The notes beneath the pieces are model-generated. The model worked only from the letters and a program-made list of their open reading frames with translations, searched no databases and was not told the DNA's origin. From a bacterium (GTDB lineage: Bacteria > UBA8248), in the NCBI GenBank assembly GCA_965261085.1, contig OZ253442.1:3712001-3776000 (forward strand): 64,000 nt of DNA, in the 5' to 3' direction. The translations under genes and the position numbers were made by a program. Position 1 is the first letter of the stretch; the number at the start of each line of letters is the position of its first letter. Shown one piece after another: positions 49,330 to 59,539 of this stretch.

Positions 49330-50145
49330 ATGCCCCATAAGGACCCCGGTAAGGCCCGCGCGTATGGGCGTGAGCGCCACCGCAAACGCGCCGCCGAACG
49401 CCTCACGCAGGGGCTGTGTCCCAAGTGCGGGAAGACCCCGCCCGCGGCCGGCCGCAAGGTGTGTGAGTCCTGCGGCGACAAGCGGCGGACCGCCGAACGC
49501 GCCCGCTACGCCAGGGGCAAGGCCGAAGGCAAGCCCTACGGCGGACGGAAGCCTGAGAGCCGCCGCCGGGCCGCGCGGGAGAGGAGCAAGCGGCGCCGAC
49601 ATGGACGCCGCGAGGCGGGCCTGTGCACGAGTTGTGGAGACACTCCTCCCGTAGAGGGCGGTGCCCTCTGTGAGACCTGCCGTGAAGCGCGGAGAGCGGA
49701 CGAGCGGGAACTCTACGCCGCGCGGAGAGCCGCCGGCCTGTGCGGGCGCTGCGGGGGGTCTGTCTTCGGGGGCGCCTCGCTCTGCGGCTCTTGCGCGGCC
49801 CTCGGGGACGGGCGCGACCAAAAGAGGCGTAACGCCGCCCGCCGGGGGCGTTACGCCAAAAGGCGAGCTCGATGCTTTTGCACCGACTGCGGAGAGCCCA
49901 CGCAGGGGACCGCGAGGTGTGAGCCCTGCGCATACCGTTCCTATGCCCGCTCAGGCGAGCACCGCGGCATGCCCCTCTACCCGCCGCGCTACACCGTGGT
50001 CGAACTCGCCACCGGCGAGGACCACGGGACATGGGACAGTTGGGAGGAGGTCGCCATGTGCCTCGCTTTCGCGAAGCTCTCGCGTGAGGAAGTCGAGGTG
50101 GTGACCGACGCATCCCCGATGACGACAATCACCGCCTGGGGGTGA
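49330..50145 (+). CDS. Cys/Arg-rich multi-zinc-ribbon protein, copy B
   Basis: Eight CxxC motifs; GGAGG RBS; paralog of 26027-26839. Confidence 0.8.
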   Translation: MPHKDPGKARAYGRERHRKRAAERLTQGLCPKCGKTPPAAGRKVCESCGDKRRTAERARYARGKAEGKPYGGRKPESRRRAARERSKRRRHGRREAGLCTSCGDTPPVEGGALCETCREARRADERELYAARRAAGLCGRCGGSVFGGASLCGSCAALGDGRDQKRRNAARRGRYAKRRARCFCTDCGEPTQGTARCEPCAYRSYARSGEHRGMPLYPPRYTVVELATGEDHGTWDSWEEVAMCLAFAKLSREEVEVVTDASPMTTITAWG

Positions 50146-50260
50146 GCGCCGGCGGCCGCCCCTGCACGTGCCGCCGTCCCGGAGCCGTCCGGAACCAGTA
50201 TTGACGGGGCGGGGGGGGGGGGCGTCCCCACACGTGTAGCCGGCCCGCCGCCGGCCGGGC

Positions 50261-50635
50261 TCAAGCCCGCCGCGCGAGCCGCCACCCGACAATCCAGGCC
50301 GGGAGGCTGATCACGAGCGCCCAGGCGGCGATCGCGATCGGCCCGAGGAGTCCCGCCACCAGCGACCCCGCCACCGTGGCGGCGCCGAGACAGACCCCCG
50401 CCATCCAGGCGGTGCGGCGGTAACCCAGTCGCCAAAGACGCCGGCATCCCAGCGCCGGCGGCAGGCTGCACGGCGCGACCGGAGCCGGCGACCTCGCCCA
50501 CAAGAGCAGCATCGACTCCCAGGTCGCGGGGTCAGGCCGGAAGCGCAGGACCGCGAAGGTAACCAAGCCGGCCGGCAGCCATAAAAACGCCGGCGCCCGG
50601 AAGCCGCACAACTCCATAAGTCCCCGTTTGTCCAT
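50261..50635 (-). CDS. Small membrane protein (degraded in copy A near 25700-25960)
   Basis: Hydrophobic segments AWMAGVCLGAATVAGSLVAGLLGPIAIAAWALVISLPAW. Confidence 0.5.
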   Translation of the reverse strand: MDKRGLMELCGFRAPAFLWLPAGLVTFAVLRFRPDPATWESMLLLWARSPAPVAPCSLPPALGCRRLWRLGYRRTAWMAGVCLGAATVAGSLVAGLLGPIAIAAWALVISLPAWIVGWRLARRA

Positions 50636-50871
50636 GCCCCATCCGACCCGAATCCCGAACCAGGCGCAAGCCCGGGCGGGACTCCGAACATCCCCGCCAT
50701 CGAGGACAACCGGGCGGTGGCCGCGCACGGTCCGCGAGCGGTACTCATCGGCCGTGAACCTGCCCGGGAGAGGTAGAGAGAAGCGGGGAGCCGGGCAAAT
50801 GCCCGGTAGGGAGAGGGAGACGGTCTCCCGGTCCCGACGCCGGGGACGACAACCCGAGAGGAGGCTGGACA

Positions 50872-51018
50872 ATGTATGAGAACGACTTCGACCCCGACAA
50901 CCTGACCGGTGACGAACTCCTCGCCGAGATCGGACTCGACGCGTACACGATCCGCAAGCTGCGCAGTGAGGCGCTCCCCACCGAGGCGGGAAGAGGAGAG
51001 GAGTTCAGTAGCGTATAG
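50872..51018 (+). CDS. 48-aa acidic protein, copy B (not in ORF track)
   Basis: GAGGAGG RBS; MYENDFDPDNLTGDELLAEIGLDAYTIRKLRSEALPTEAGRGEEFSSV*. Confidence 0.7.
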   Translation: MYENDFDPDNLTGDELLAEIGLDAYTIRKLRSEALPTEAGRGEEFSSV

Positions 51019-51096
51019 GGCGAACCGAGGGGCCGGGGAGAGAGGATTCCCGGTCCCATCAACTGTCATCCACGTCACACCACAAGGAGAATCACC

Positions 51097-51534
51097 ATGG
51101 CATTCGGACTCAACCGCGCGGAACTGATCGGGCGTCTCGGCGCAGACGTCACCATCAACCACCTCACGAGCGGCGGCCGCGTCGCCAACATCTCTATCGC
51201 CACCGATGAGGGCTACGTCGACAAGCAGACAGGCGATCGGGTCGACAAGACCGAGTGGCACCGGGTCGTGACCTTCCAGCCCGGGCTGGTCGACATGTTC
51301 GAGAAACACGCGAAGAAGGGCCGTCTGGTCTACGTGGCGGGCAAGCTGCAGACCAGGCGCTGGAAGAAGGACGAGGAGGACTCCGAACGCTTCTCCACCG
51401 AGATCCTCCTGGCGCCGGGCGGGCGCGTACAGTTCCTCGACAAGGTGAACGGGAACGACAACGGCAACGGCGCGAACCCCGAGGCGGCGGTGGCGGCGTC
51501 CGCAGGTGTAGTAGGGGAAGACATTCCATTCTGA
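51097..51534 (+). CDS. ssb: Single-stranded DNA-binding protein, copy B
   Basis: OB-fold motifs and EDIPF tail. Confidence 0.95.
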   Translation: MAFGLNRAELIGRLGADVTINHLTSGGRVANISIATDEGYVDKQTGDRVDKTEWHRVVTFQPGLVDMFEKHAKKGRLVYVAGKLQTRRWKKDEEDSERFSTEILLAPGGRVQFLDKVNGNDNGNGANPEAAVAASAGVVGEDIPF

Positions 51535-51543
51535 TCCCAACAC

Positions 51544-51574
51544 GGGCCGGCGCTTCGGCGCCGGCTCTTTTTTT
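51544..51574 (+). terminator. Intrinsic terminator after ssb B
   Basis: GCCGGCGC-TTCG-GCGCCGGC stem followed by TCTTTTTTT. Confidence 0.7.
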
Positions 51575-51599
51575 GCTCTCCATCCAGAGGAGGTCCGCC

Positions 51600-52604
51600 A
51601 TGCCCCAAACACCCTCTCCCGCGGCCGAAATCGCCGTGGCGCTCGCCTCGCGCGCCGAGGACGTCTGCCGCCGCTATCTGCCGCGGGGCAAAAAGCAGGG
51701 CCGCTACTGGGTTGCGGGTGATCTCGGTGGCGCGCCAGGACGCTCGCTCTTCGTCCGCCTCTACGGCCCGGGCCTGCCGGGCAAGTGGACCGACGCTGCC
51801 ACCGGAGAGCACGGCGACCTGCTCGACTTGATCCGCCGCCGAAGCGCCGCACCCACGCTCCGCGCGGCCATGGACGAAGCCCGCGCCTTCCTCGCACTGC
51901 CGGCTTCGCCGGCCCCGGGCGAGGGAGGGACGTACAACGCGACAGAAGCGGCGCGGCGCATCTGGCGGCGTTGCCGCACGGTCGACGCCGCCCCGGCCGA
52001 GGCCTATCTCCGCGCGCGGGGGATCACGCGGTACCGCTTCCCCTCCCTGCGCTTCCATCCGGCGCTCTTCCACCGGGAGGCCGACCGGCGTCTGCCCGCA
52101 CTGGTCGCCGCCGTGACCGACCCGGACGGCGCGCTTCACGGCGTACACCGCACCTGGATCGATCCCCGGACGTCCGCCAAGGCCGGCGTCCTCCCGTCCC
52201 GCAAGGCGCTCGGCAGCGTCTTCGGGCGCGCCGTGCGCTTCGGGGTTCCCGGCTCCACGCTCCTGGTCGGGGAGGGGGTCGAGACAGTGCTCTCGATCGT
52301 CACCGCCGCGCCCCGGGTCCCCGCGGCGGCAGCGCTATCCGCCGGGAGCCTCGGCGCCTTCGTCCCGCCCGAAGGGGTTTCTCGACTCATCATCGCACGG
52401 GACAACGACGCAGAGGGGGAACGAGCCGCAGAGCGTCTCGCCTGGCGCTGCGCCCGAGCCGGGTTAGCCACCCGCGTCATCGTCTCCGAACGCGGCGACT
52501 TCAACGACGACCTGCTCACCCTGGGGTCACGGCGACTCGGTCTCAGGCTCGCCGCCCTCCTCCCGCTGGTCGAGGAGACGACCACACGCGCCGGAGAGGG
52601 GTGA
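51600..52604 (+). CDS. Toprim-domain primase-like protein (DUF7146/Toprim_3 type)
   Basis: GKWTDAATGEHGDLLDLI, AEAYLRARGI, GVHRTW, LVGEGVET, IIARDND, DFNDDL; GAGGAGG RBS. Confidence 0.85.
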   Translation: MPQTPSPAAEIAVALASRAEDVCRRYLPRGKKQGRYWVAGDLGGAPGRSLFVRLYGPGLPGKWTDAATGEHGDLLDLIRRRSAAPTLRAAMDEARAFLALPASPAPGEGGTYNATEAARRIWRRCRTVDAAPAEAYLRARGITRYRFPSLRFHPALFHREADRRLPALVAAVTDPDGALHGVHRTWIDPRTSAKAGVLPSRKALGSVFGRAVRFGVPGSTLLVGEGVETVLSIVTAAPRVPAAAALSAGSLGAFVPPEGVSRLIIARDNDAEGERAAERLAWRCARAGLATRVIVSERGDFNDDLLTLGSRRLGLRLAALLPLVEETTTRAGEG

Positions 52605-52733
52605 ACACTTGAGATGGATGCGAGAGAGGCTCAACTGCTCCCATCTGTGGCATTAGCTCTTCCGTCGTGATGTCCCATCTTCCCACACGTGCTCGCTGCG
52701 CCAACCCCTGCGGGGTCCTCCTCTTCGTTCCGG

Positions 52734-52855
52734 CCATGGCTCGCAAGGCAGGAACCCCGTCGCGGTAAGAGCGCGGCCGTGGCTCCGCGCTCGCTTCGCT
52801 CGCTTGTGCGCCCGCACCACCCGCGCCCTCCCCGCGACGGGCCTTGCGGCCATGG
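52734..52855. promoter_or_regulatory. Long stem-loop upstream of DUF2493, copy B
   Basis: CCATGGCTCGCAAGGC..CCCGTCGCGG pairs with CCGCGACGGGCCTTGCGGCCATGG; near-identical to copy A. Confidence 0.55.
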
Positions 52856-52938
52856 TGGCTTTGCTGCGCGCGCGTGGATCGTATGGGAATCACGTTCGGA
52901 GACTGGCTCCGGCGTACTCATTCCACAAGGAGAGAATC

Positions 52939-53859
52939 ATGAACGACATCCACACCATCGAAACTCAGGAACAGTCCTTCACCGCCATGGTCTGCGAGCA
53001 GGCGGCGCTCTTCGGCGCTACACCGGGCCGCGACGAGTTCGACTCACGCGTCGTCTGGGACGAGAAGGAGGCCACCTCCGCCGTCATCAAGGCCTTCCAC
53101 GTACTCGCACAGGCCGCACCCGACGGGACGCAACTAGCGGATGAGCGCGCGAACCTCATGTGGGGCTTCGTCAACACCCTCGACGCACAGACACAGCGCC
53201 TCGACCGCGCAGCCGACAGGCTCATCCCCGGCATCCGCGAACTACAGCGCGAGCAGGACGGCTCCGAGATCCGCTCCCGCGAACTCGAACTCACCACCGA
53301 CCGCGCCCAGAATCTCTCCGACAGGCGTGACGCCTTCGAACAACTGAGAGACACGGCAGCCGAGGCCTACCGCACAGAGACCGGCGAGGTCTGGCGGCCT
53401 AGGCGAGGGTCACACGTCTCGCAGACCGGCAAGCTCACCTCGGCCATGGTCGACGCGCGCGACTTCCAGCGGGCGAGAAAGGACCGCGAGAACACCGCGC
53501 ACCTCCCCCAGGGAACACTCGTCGCCGTCGCAGGCGGCAAGGAGGCGAACGATGTGAGCGCCATCATCGGCCACCTCGACAAGCTCAAGGCCAAGTACAC
53601 AGACGTCGTTCTCGTCCACGGCGGCGGTCCGGGGGCGGAGAAGATAGCGGCAGGCTGGGCGGAGCGGAACGGCGTCCACCAGGTCGTCTGCAAGCCCGAC
53701 TGGGACGCTCACGGACGGGCCGCACCCTTCAGGCGTAACGACGACCTGCTCGCCCTCCTGCCCAAGGGCGTCATCGCGTTCCCAGGCTCGGGCATCACCG
53801 ACAACCTCGTCGACAAGGCCCGCAGCCTCGGCATCCCCGTCCAGCGCGTCGCCGCATAG
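52939..53859 (+). CDS. DUF2493 / YspA-like SLOG-domain protein, copy B
   Basis: Close paralog of 23445-24365. Confidence 0.85.
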   Translation: MNDIHTIETQEQSFTAMVCEQAALFGATPGRDEFDSRVVWDEKEATSAVIKAFHVLAQAAPDGTQLADERANLMWGFVNTLDAQTQRLDRAADRLIPGIRELQREQDGSEIRSRELELTTDRAQNLSDRRDAFEQLRDTAAEAYRTETGEVWRPRRGSHVSQTGKLTSAMVDARDFQRARKDRENTAHLPQGTLVAVAGGKEANDVSAIIGHLDKLKAKYTDVVLVHGGGPGAEKIAAGWAERNGVHQVVCKPDWDAHGRAAPFRRNDDLLALLPKGVIAFPGSGITDNLVDKARSLGIPVQRVAA

Positions 53860-53933
53860 GACACACGACTCGGCGGGTCGTGTCGCCACCCCGGCGGCGC
53901 GGCCCGTTCTTCTTCTTTGCACACCCCGCCGCA

Positions 53934-54080
53934 CCGCTGTACGGACCCTCGTACAGAACTCCCCGCAATGGCGTCGGCCCCACTGTACGGACCTCCGTCA
54001 CACCGCTCGACACTTTGCTCCGCACCCGCGTCGGCCCCGCTGTACGAACTGCCGTACACACCTCCCCGCATTGCTCCGTC
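53934..54080. repeat. Degenerate ~12-bp-period repeat tract
   Basis: Units GTACGGACCCTC, GTACAGAACTCC, GTCGGCCCCACT, GTACGGACCTCC, GTCGGCCCCGCT, GTACGAACTGCC, GTACACACCTCC. Confidence 0.5.
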
Positions 54081-54198
54081 GCTTCCGTCCGCTCAGTCGC
54101 CGCGGCGGCTCCCGCCAGTCTCTCTCACCGGCTTCGATTCCCCCATCGTTCGTTCCTCAAATTCGGTCCTTTTGACGCCCTTCGGCGGCTCCTGTTTT

Positions 54199-54418
54199 CA
54201 CACCCCACGCATCTGAAGATGCTTGCTCCCCATGCGCGCGCCTGGCATGCAGCGTTCTGCGCCAACGACGACAAAGACCGCCCGCCTGTTGTTGGATCGA
54301 GCGTATGCTCTGAGCATACATCTGTATCCCATTGAAATCCCTGGGTTCCGCTCCGGGCGTATGCTCATGGCATACACTGAAAACAGGCTATTTCCTGCAA
54401 TGTATGCTATGAGCATAC
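54199..54418 (-). other. Putative oriT B
   Basis: Minus strand reads GCATCT-TC-AGATGC-GTGGGGTGT^G (54222-54199); boxes at 54303-54319, 54359-54375 and 54402-54418. Confidence 0.75.
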
Positions 54419-54591
54419 GCGACAGGCCTGCGCTGCGATATGATAGCTACCAGTTTAGTAGTCCGGTCTCAGGGGTCATTCGGAGGCCTTCGAGGTTCGA
54501 GACGGGTGTGCTCGGTGATAGGAAACAAGAATTATCCGATCATTTTGGGACCGGAGTCGATGAAAATATTCACGAATGAATGACGAAACGA

Positions 54592-54897
54592 ATGCTGCAG
54601 ACGACACAAAAGAACATCAGAGTCACGCCGAAACAGTGGAAACGCGTCTAACAAGAGGCCGAAATAAGGAGTGTTTCAGCGAACAAACTCGTGGTCGAAC
54701 TCACGATGGAGGCCCTGGAGCGCCGAGAATGGCCGCACACCGAAGCGAAAATCCACCTGTTGCGCTCCGCGATGTTCGCCGCCCAGGCCATCATCCGCGA
54801 CATGGAGAAGGCAGGACGCGAGGAGGAGATTCAGCAAATCAGCAGGAATATCTCCGAAGTCGCACCTGAATTGCCGGTCCAATCGGCACGGGATTGA
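54592..54897 (+). pseudogene. RHH gene with premature stop, copy B
   Basis: MLQTTQKNIRVTPKQWKRV, TAA at 54649-54651, then in frame ...EWPHTEAKIHLLRSAMFAAQAIIRDME. Confidence 0.75.
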
Positions 54898-55237
54898 GCC
54901 GGACTCGAGATATTTTGCGAGTGGTGCGGGGGAAGTTTCTGATGAGAATGGTCGTGTATCCGACGAACAAGCAACTTCAAACGTTCGGGTTCTAGGCGAG
55001 AACAAGTATCCTCCCATCGACTTGCAGGGCTTCGATGGGCTTGCGCCGACATTGGGACTTTCCGATATCCGAGCGGCCCGGGGAGGGATCCGGCATGTAA
55101 CATCCGGATGGACCACTTCAATGGGGCCGGCTCAGTCGGCCAAGCACGAGACAAAAAAAGGAAAGTGACACCGCTACATCGTCATGGAAAGACACGGCCG
55201 TGTGCGCTTGCGCGTTCACGTGTACCCGAACTCATAT

Positions 55238-58200
55238 TCATTTCTTCCCGGAAATTCGTTCTGGCTTATCGAATTCAGCACGCAACTTTCGTAACTCACC
55301 TTCAAGTTCGTCCTCTTTTGGGATTCCCATTGTAGGAAGAATTGCGAGCATCAGATCAACCGCTGCAATTGTCTCTGGCGAACCGCTTGCATCGCAAGCA
55401 TTAGCAATAGTTTCTTCGTGAATAGTCGGGTTCTTTAGGAGAAAGCGCTGGTTGTTCCATACAAAAGACCAATTTTTACGCAACCAGTTGAACGCTGGTT
55501 TGGCAATCTTTCTAGTTCTTGTTACCTGCTTCGCCACTAGAAAAACTTTAAAAACAACCTCAAATAACTGACTTGGCGACAAGGCCCCTTCCTCATCTCC
55601 AGCACTTTTAAGTATGGCCAATAGAAAGGCGAGCGAAGAATTGAAATCACTCTTACTCCCTGTCCCCCTCATCGCAGCTTGAAACCCAGTTCCTACCACA
55701 AAGCCACTACATTCAGTCATTTGGGCATTCAGTTCATCCAGTTTCTGGGTATTCTCTGTAAAAATACACGTGGAGGCGAAGAAAAGGATAAACATTTCGG
55801 CCAGTTCAGCATGGTCAGCCTGCTGATCGCGTGTCGGGGATGGCGGCAAGGCAAATGTAACGTTCTCAAGATTCAATCTGACGCGATTGCCATCCACTCC
55901 CTTCATGTACGCATACTGTGCCACAATTTCTTGTAAGGTAGAATAAAAGAGGGATACATCTAAATGGCGAAGAGCCTTGTTCATTATTGATTGTGTCAAA
56001 AGGATTTGACCCTCAAACACTGGCCCGCTTGGCAAGAATTGATCTAATTTCCGTGTTATGCCCAAATCCAAGTTGCAATTATTTTCAATAGTTGCCAGCA
56101 CGTACCAAGCAATCTCAATAGGTACGATATTCTTTTCGCCTATCTTGGGATGAGGCTCAGGGTTGCTTACTACCCCTGGATATATTTTCATTTCTTCGCC
56201 ATCGGCAAAGAGACCCTTCTCACCTGTGGCCTCTTGATCAAGCCACCCTAGAACATGGCGACAGGTTGAATGGCAGTGCGCGGCTCTGAGAGAGCTTGCC
56301 GGGTCAAGTTTGTTTAGTTCATGCAGCACACATACAAATTCTTGCAGGCAGGTAGTTTTGTCCTCATCATGCCAACTCGCTATGGCAGCATCAGCCATTA
56401 AACCAACGCGCATCGGAAACATGTCTGAAATATCGCATTCTGCTGAAGAGGTGCTTCCGTATAGATAATAGCGCCTTGCCGTTTTATAATCGCCCTGCTT
56501 TTCGGCACTGATCGCAGCGTCGCGTCCAAGGAATGCTCTCTCTGTCATGCTGAGGGGCGCATTTCCGTCAATCAATTGTTTTGACAATTCTAGGCTGCGT
56601 TTATGGTCATCAGCGCGATATAATACTTTGGCTTTTGCTCTCACTAGTTCGGAATTGGTTCGGCCGTATTTTGTTAAACCTCGGTCAAGTATCGAGATGG
56701 CGCGATCCTTTTCCCCTCCGTATTCATCGATGATGATCGCTTGGAATTTCGTGCAGCAAACGGCGAGGTCAATATATCCCCACCGGTTCGCAATACTTTC
56801 CAGACGGGAAAAAATTTCGGAGTGGGCGGTGGGGTCTATCGTGTTAGCGTCATGCTCTCTAAGCCAGGCTCCGCTTACAAGCATATCGACATCAAATTCC
56901 GGTCTTGAATATGGTGCAAGTAACTTCAAACGCAAGGCTTTATCGCAATTGTCCAAAAACTCAAAGACCACTAACAACTCTTCTATTTTTTGCAGTTGCC
57001 GCGCTTGGTTCGTGAACATAAGGCCTACGATTGGCACCCCGTTGGCTTCCTGCATACTGATTTCGTTTTTTAGTTCGTCTGGGAAATTTTTGTCTCGGTT
57101 CTCCAGGAGGTTGTCTAACTCAGTTACAATCTCCCAGAAATTCGGAATATTTCCAAATTTTGGCGTCGATAAGAGCAGTTTCGAGTAGATCAGAAAACAT
57201 ACGGAAGCGCGCATCACATCATCTTCAATACACCGGCTCTCAAGTGCAAAGGACTCCAGAACCTTCTGGAATTTTTTCTGTCTTTGCTCTTCGTGGCATA
57301 GCAAGAGAAGTTGTGCTCCGCGCAGCATCTGGCTGACATATGCGTTTTCCTCATAGGCAGGCACATCAGTTCTCAACAGTGAAAATATCAGGAGATGGGG
57401 TGTGATCATCTTAAGATCATCATGGTCCGCCCCAATGACGGACATGCAAAGTTTAATGATTGCCATTGCATTTTTCCCCGTCTTTGCAGCTATAAGTGCG
57501 GAATTAGCTTCGTAGGGGTCCAAGCAGTTATCCTTGAGTAATGAATTCGCAATCTCGAAGTTAATATTGGTTTTTTGATCTTCTGTGAGAGTGGAAGTTG
57601 CGTAGTTTAACAATAGTTGAGAAAGGGAAAATCGATCACTCTCCTGCTGATCGACCCAAGAGCCCATCAGCTTGTCAAATACGATGCCGGGATCCGCTAT
57701 AGGCGGTTCAATTTGAGCTATGTCCAATACGAAATTACGCCGAAAGCTCCCCGTTTTGAGCGAAAGGCGTTCCAATAACCTTCGAGCAGATTCAGGTAAT
57801 TCGTTTAGGAGACGTTCTCTAGATATTTGTCGAACAGCATCAATTTCTTTGTTGCCGTATAGCAGGGATTGCAATGAGCGAATTTCGTCAACATTCCAAC
57901 CATTGCTTTGCATGCTTTGAATCGCGGCAACGGCAAGTTGCGGATGCCCTCCGCCAGATATCAAGTGAATGTACTTTGCCCAGTGCGAGTCATGAATATT
58001 TAGTTTGGAAAGAATTTCATTTATGTCGGCTTCAGAAAAATCTCCAAATTTGTGTGCAATTGCGGTCGGAAGCCTCGCTGAAAAAAGGAAATCGGAACCT
58101 GGGGCTCTGGGGGAGGTGATGAGCAGGTGCAGACCTGTACGCTCACCCATTGCACGCAAGTAAAGAAGATTTTCAACAACACCGGGAGCGAAAGAGCATT

Positions 58201-59332
58201 CAAGGTCATCAATGAGGAAACCGTCAAAAACTTGCTCAACGATTGCATCGGCAACTGTGACTAGCACTTGTTGCACTTGGTCAGAATCGAGACCTCTCAA
58301 GTTGATGCAAACCCAGTTTCCTCCGAGTTGCCGGGCAACTATCTTTGCGCCTACGGTTTTTCCAACGCCCGCAGCACCGAAAAGCCATGCGACTCCAGAC
58401 TTCGAAAGGGAGGAAACGACATCGTGCACTAGGTCAACACGACTGGCGACTGCTGAGGGCAAGGGCACCTCGTTGATTGGGCGCGGCATGGAAATGCTTG
58501 TAGCGGTCAATGTTGAAGCTTCGGGCATGGAAGCGGCAAGAGCTTTGTTAATGAGCTTGCTCTGCTCCTCAAACTCGAAGCGGTTGACAGAGATGTTGGT
58601 AAAGTGCTCGATGATATTATCTAACATGTGACTGTCAACGTAACGATCACCCGGCTTTGTTGCCGTCTGGAGCAGGAAAAGGGAGATTTTGGCCAAGCAG
58701 TCTTCAACTTGAGATGATACTCCTCCACGCGCAATCAATAGTTTCGATATACGTGAGAGCAATTGGCGCTCCAAAAACTTCGTTTCAAGAGCACCGCAGT
58801 CAAAGTGAATTTTTTGCAAAAGTTCTTTTCTGAAATCTTCATCGTTCAATTCTCGAATGAAGTCCTTGGTTCGTTTCGAGAGTTTTGAAGATTCAAGGAC
58901 GTTTCTGAGTGGCGACACATCCCCGATTCGCGCTAGTTTCCTCCATGCTTCTAGTGTCGGAAATTTTCCGACCCGATGCTCTGCGGACTTCTCTTTACCA
59001 ATTTTGGATGTCGTCAGATGGCGTAGCCGGACTTTGAGGTCTGGGTTCTTCATTCTGAGAACAACATAGCTATCGATGCTGGTAATAATGTCATGAGAAT
59101 TGATTGTTACATTTTGAGCGGTTTCCTTGACTTGGACAGCATTCAAAGCATTCTGGGCTACTTTGGCGTAGTCTTCTGCAACCTCCAGGAAGAGAAATTC
59201 TTCGGATTCTAGCTCAAGCCAAGCCAATACGGAGTGATAAATTTGATATATGTAACCGCGTAAAGCGTGGACTGCCTCACGAGATGTATCACCGCATGGA
59301 GATAGACTTTCTTTTTTTCTGCTCGAAAACAT
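55238..59332 (-). CDS. 1364-aa Cap4-like endonuclease + STAND-like NTPase + TPR-like protein (Avs-like)
   Basis: ALRGYIYQI...LEVAEDY...AVQVK nuclease motif; Walker A GAAGVGKT; Walker B FLIDD; SGGGHPQL; helical repeats. Confidence 0.82.
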   Translation of the reverse strand: MFSSRKKESLSPCGDTSREAVHALRGYIYQIYHSVLAWLELESEEFLFLEVAEDYAKVAQNALNAVQVKETAQNVTINSHDIITSIDSYVVLRMKNPDLKVRLRHLTTSKIGKEKSAEHRVGKFPTLEAWRKLARIGDVSPLRNVLESSKLSKRTKDFIRELNDEDFRKELLQKIHFDCGALETKFLERQLLSRISKLLIARGGVSSQVEDCLAKISLFLLQTATKPGDRYVDSHMLDNIIEHFTNISVNRFEFEEQSKLINKALAASMPEASTLTATSISMPRPINEVPLPSAVASRVDLVHDVVSSLSKSGVAWLFGAAGVGKTVGAKIVARQLGGNWVCINLRGLDSDQVQQVLVTVADAIVEQVFDGFLIDDLECSFAPGVVENLLYLRAMGERTGLHLLITSPRAPGSDFLFSARLPTAIAHKFGDFSEADINEILSKLNIHDSHWAKYIHLISGGGHPQLAVAAIQSMQSNGWNVDEIRSLQSLLYGNKEIDAVRQISRERLLNELPESARRLLERLSLKTGSFRRNFVLDIAQIEPPIADPGIVFDKLMGSWVDQQESDRFSLSQLLLNYATSTLTEDQKTNINFEIANSLLKDNCLDPYEANSALIAAKTGKNAMAIIKLCMSVIGADHDDLKMITPHLLIFSLLRTDVPAYEENAYVSQMLRGAQLLLLCHEEQRQKKFQKVLESFALESRCIEDDVMRASVCFLIYSKLLLSTPKFGNIPNFWEIVTELDNLLENRDKNFPDELKNEISMQEANGVPIVGLMFTNQARQLQKIEELLVVFEFLDNCDKALRLKLLAPYSRPEFDVDMLVSGAWLREHDANTIDPTAHSEIFSRLESIANRWGYIDLAVCCTKFQAIIIDEYGGEKDRAISILDRGLTKYGRTNSELVRAKAKVLYRADDHKRSLELSKQLIDGNAPLSMTERAFLGRDAAISAEKQGDYKTARRYYLYGSTSSAECDISDMFPMRVGLMADAAIASWHDEDKTTCLQEFVCVLHELNKLDPASSLRAAHCHSTCRHVLGWLDQEATGEKGLFADGEEMKIYPGVVSNPEPHPKIGEKNIVPIEIAWYVLATIENNCNLDLGITRKLDQFLPSGPVFEGQILLTQSIMNKALRHLDVSLFYSTLQEIVAQYAYMKGVDGNRVRLNLENVTFALPPSPTRDQQADHAELAEMFILFFASTCIFTENTQKLDELNAQMTECSGFVVGTGFQAAMRGTGSKSDFNSSLAFLLAILKSAGDEEGALSPSQLFEVVFKVFLVAKQVTRTRKIAKPAFNWLRKNWSFVWNNQRFLLKNPTIHEETIANACDASGSPETIAAVDLMLAILPTMGIPKEDELEGELRKLRAEFDKPERISGKK

Positions 59333-59340
59333 GTTGGTAA

Positions 59341-59479
59341 TGTCCTAATGTTACTGGAAAATTGAGGAGGGGCGTATCTTCGGCAGAGGAATCACGAAAC
59401 CGTGCCAGTGGGCGATGGCACCAAAACGAGGAGGCACCCCATAAAGAGAGATTACAGGCATCGATGTGCACTCGCCAAG
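59341..59479 (-). repeat. Conserved ~140-bp non-coding element, copy 2
   Basis: Diverged direct repeat of 22071-22211 ending just upstream of the 1364-aa gene start. Confidence 0.75.
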
Positions 59480-59539
59480 CCCTATCCGCTCTGATAGAAG
59501 ATCCCCGATACGCGAACCGACCTAATCAAACTGGCCACG

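Larger units (their letters stand above)
47163..54897 (+). mobile_element. Mobilisable-element backbone module, copy B
   Basis: Inverted, diverged homolog of 22376-28821 that also retains a Toprim gene and a small membrane gene. Confidence 0.8.

Noticed and set aside
53934-54080. Possible CRISPR array
   Set aside because: Units are ~12 bp and degenerate with no repeat-spacer alternation; no cas genes in the window.
22376-54897. Inverted duplication as an assembly artefact
   Set aside because: Copies differ by many substitutions, indels and gene content, so not a simple duplicated contig segment; strain chimerism cannot be fully excluded.
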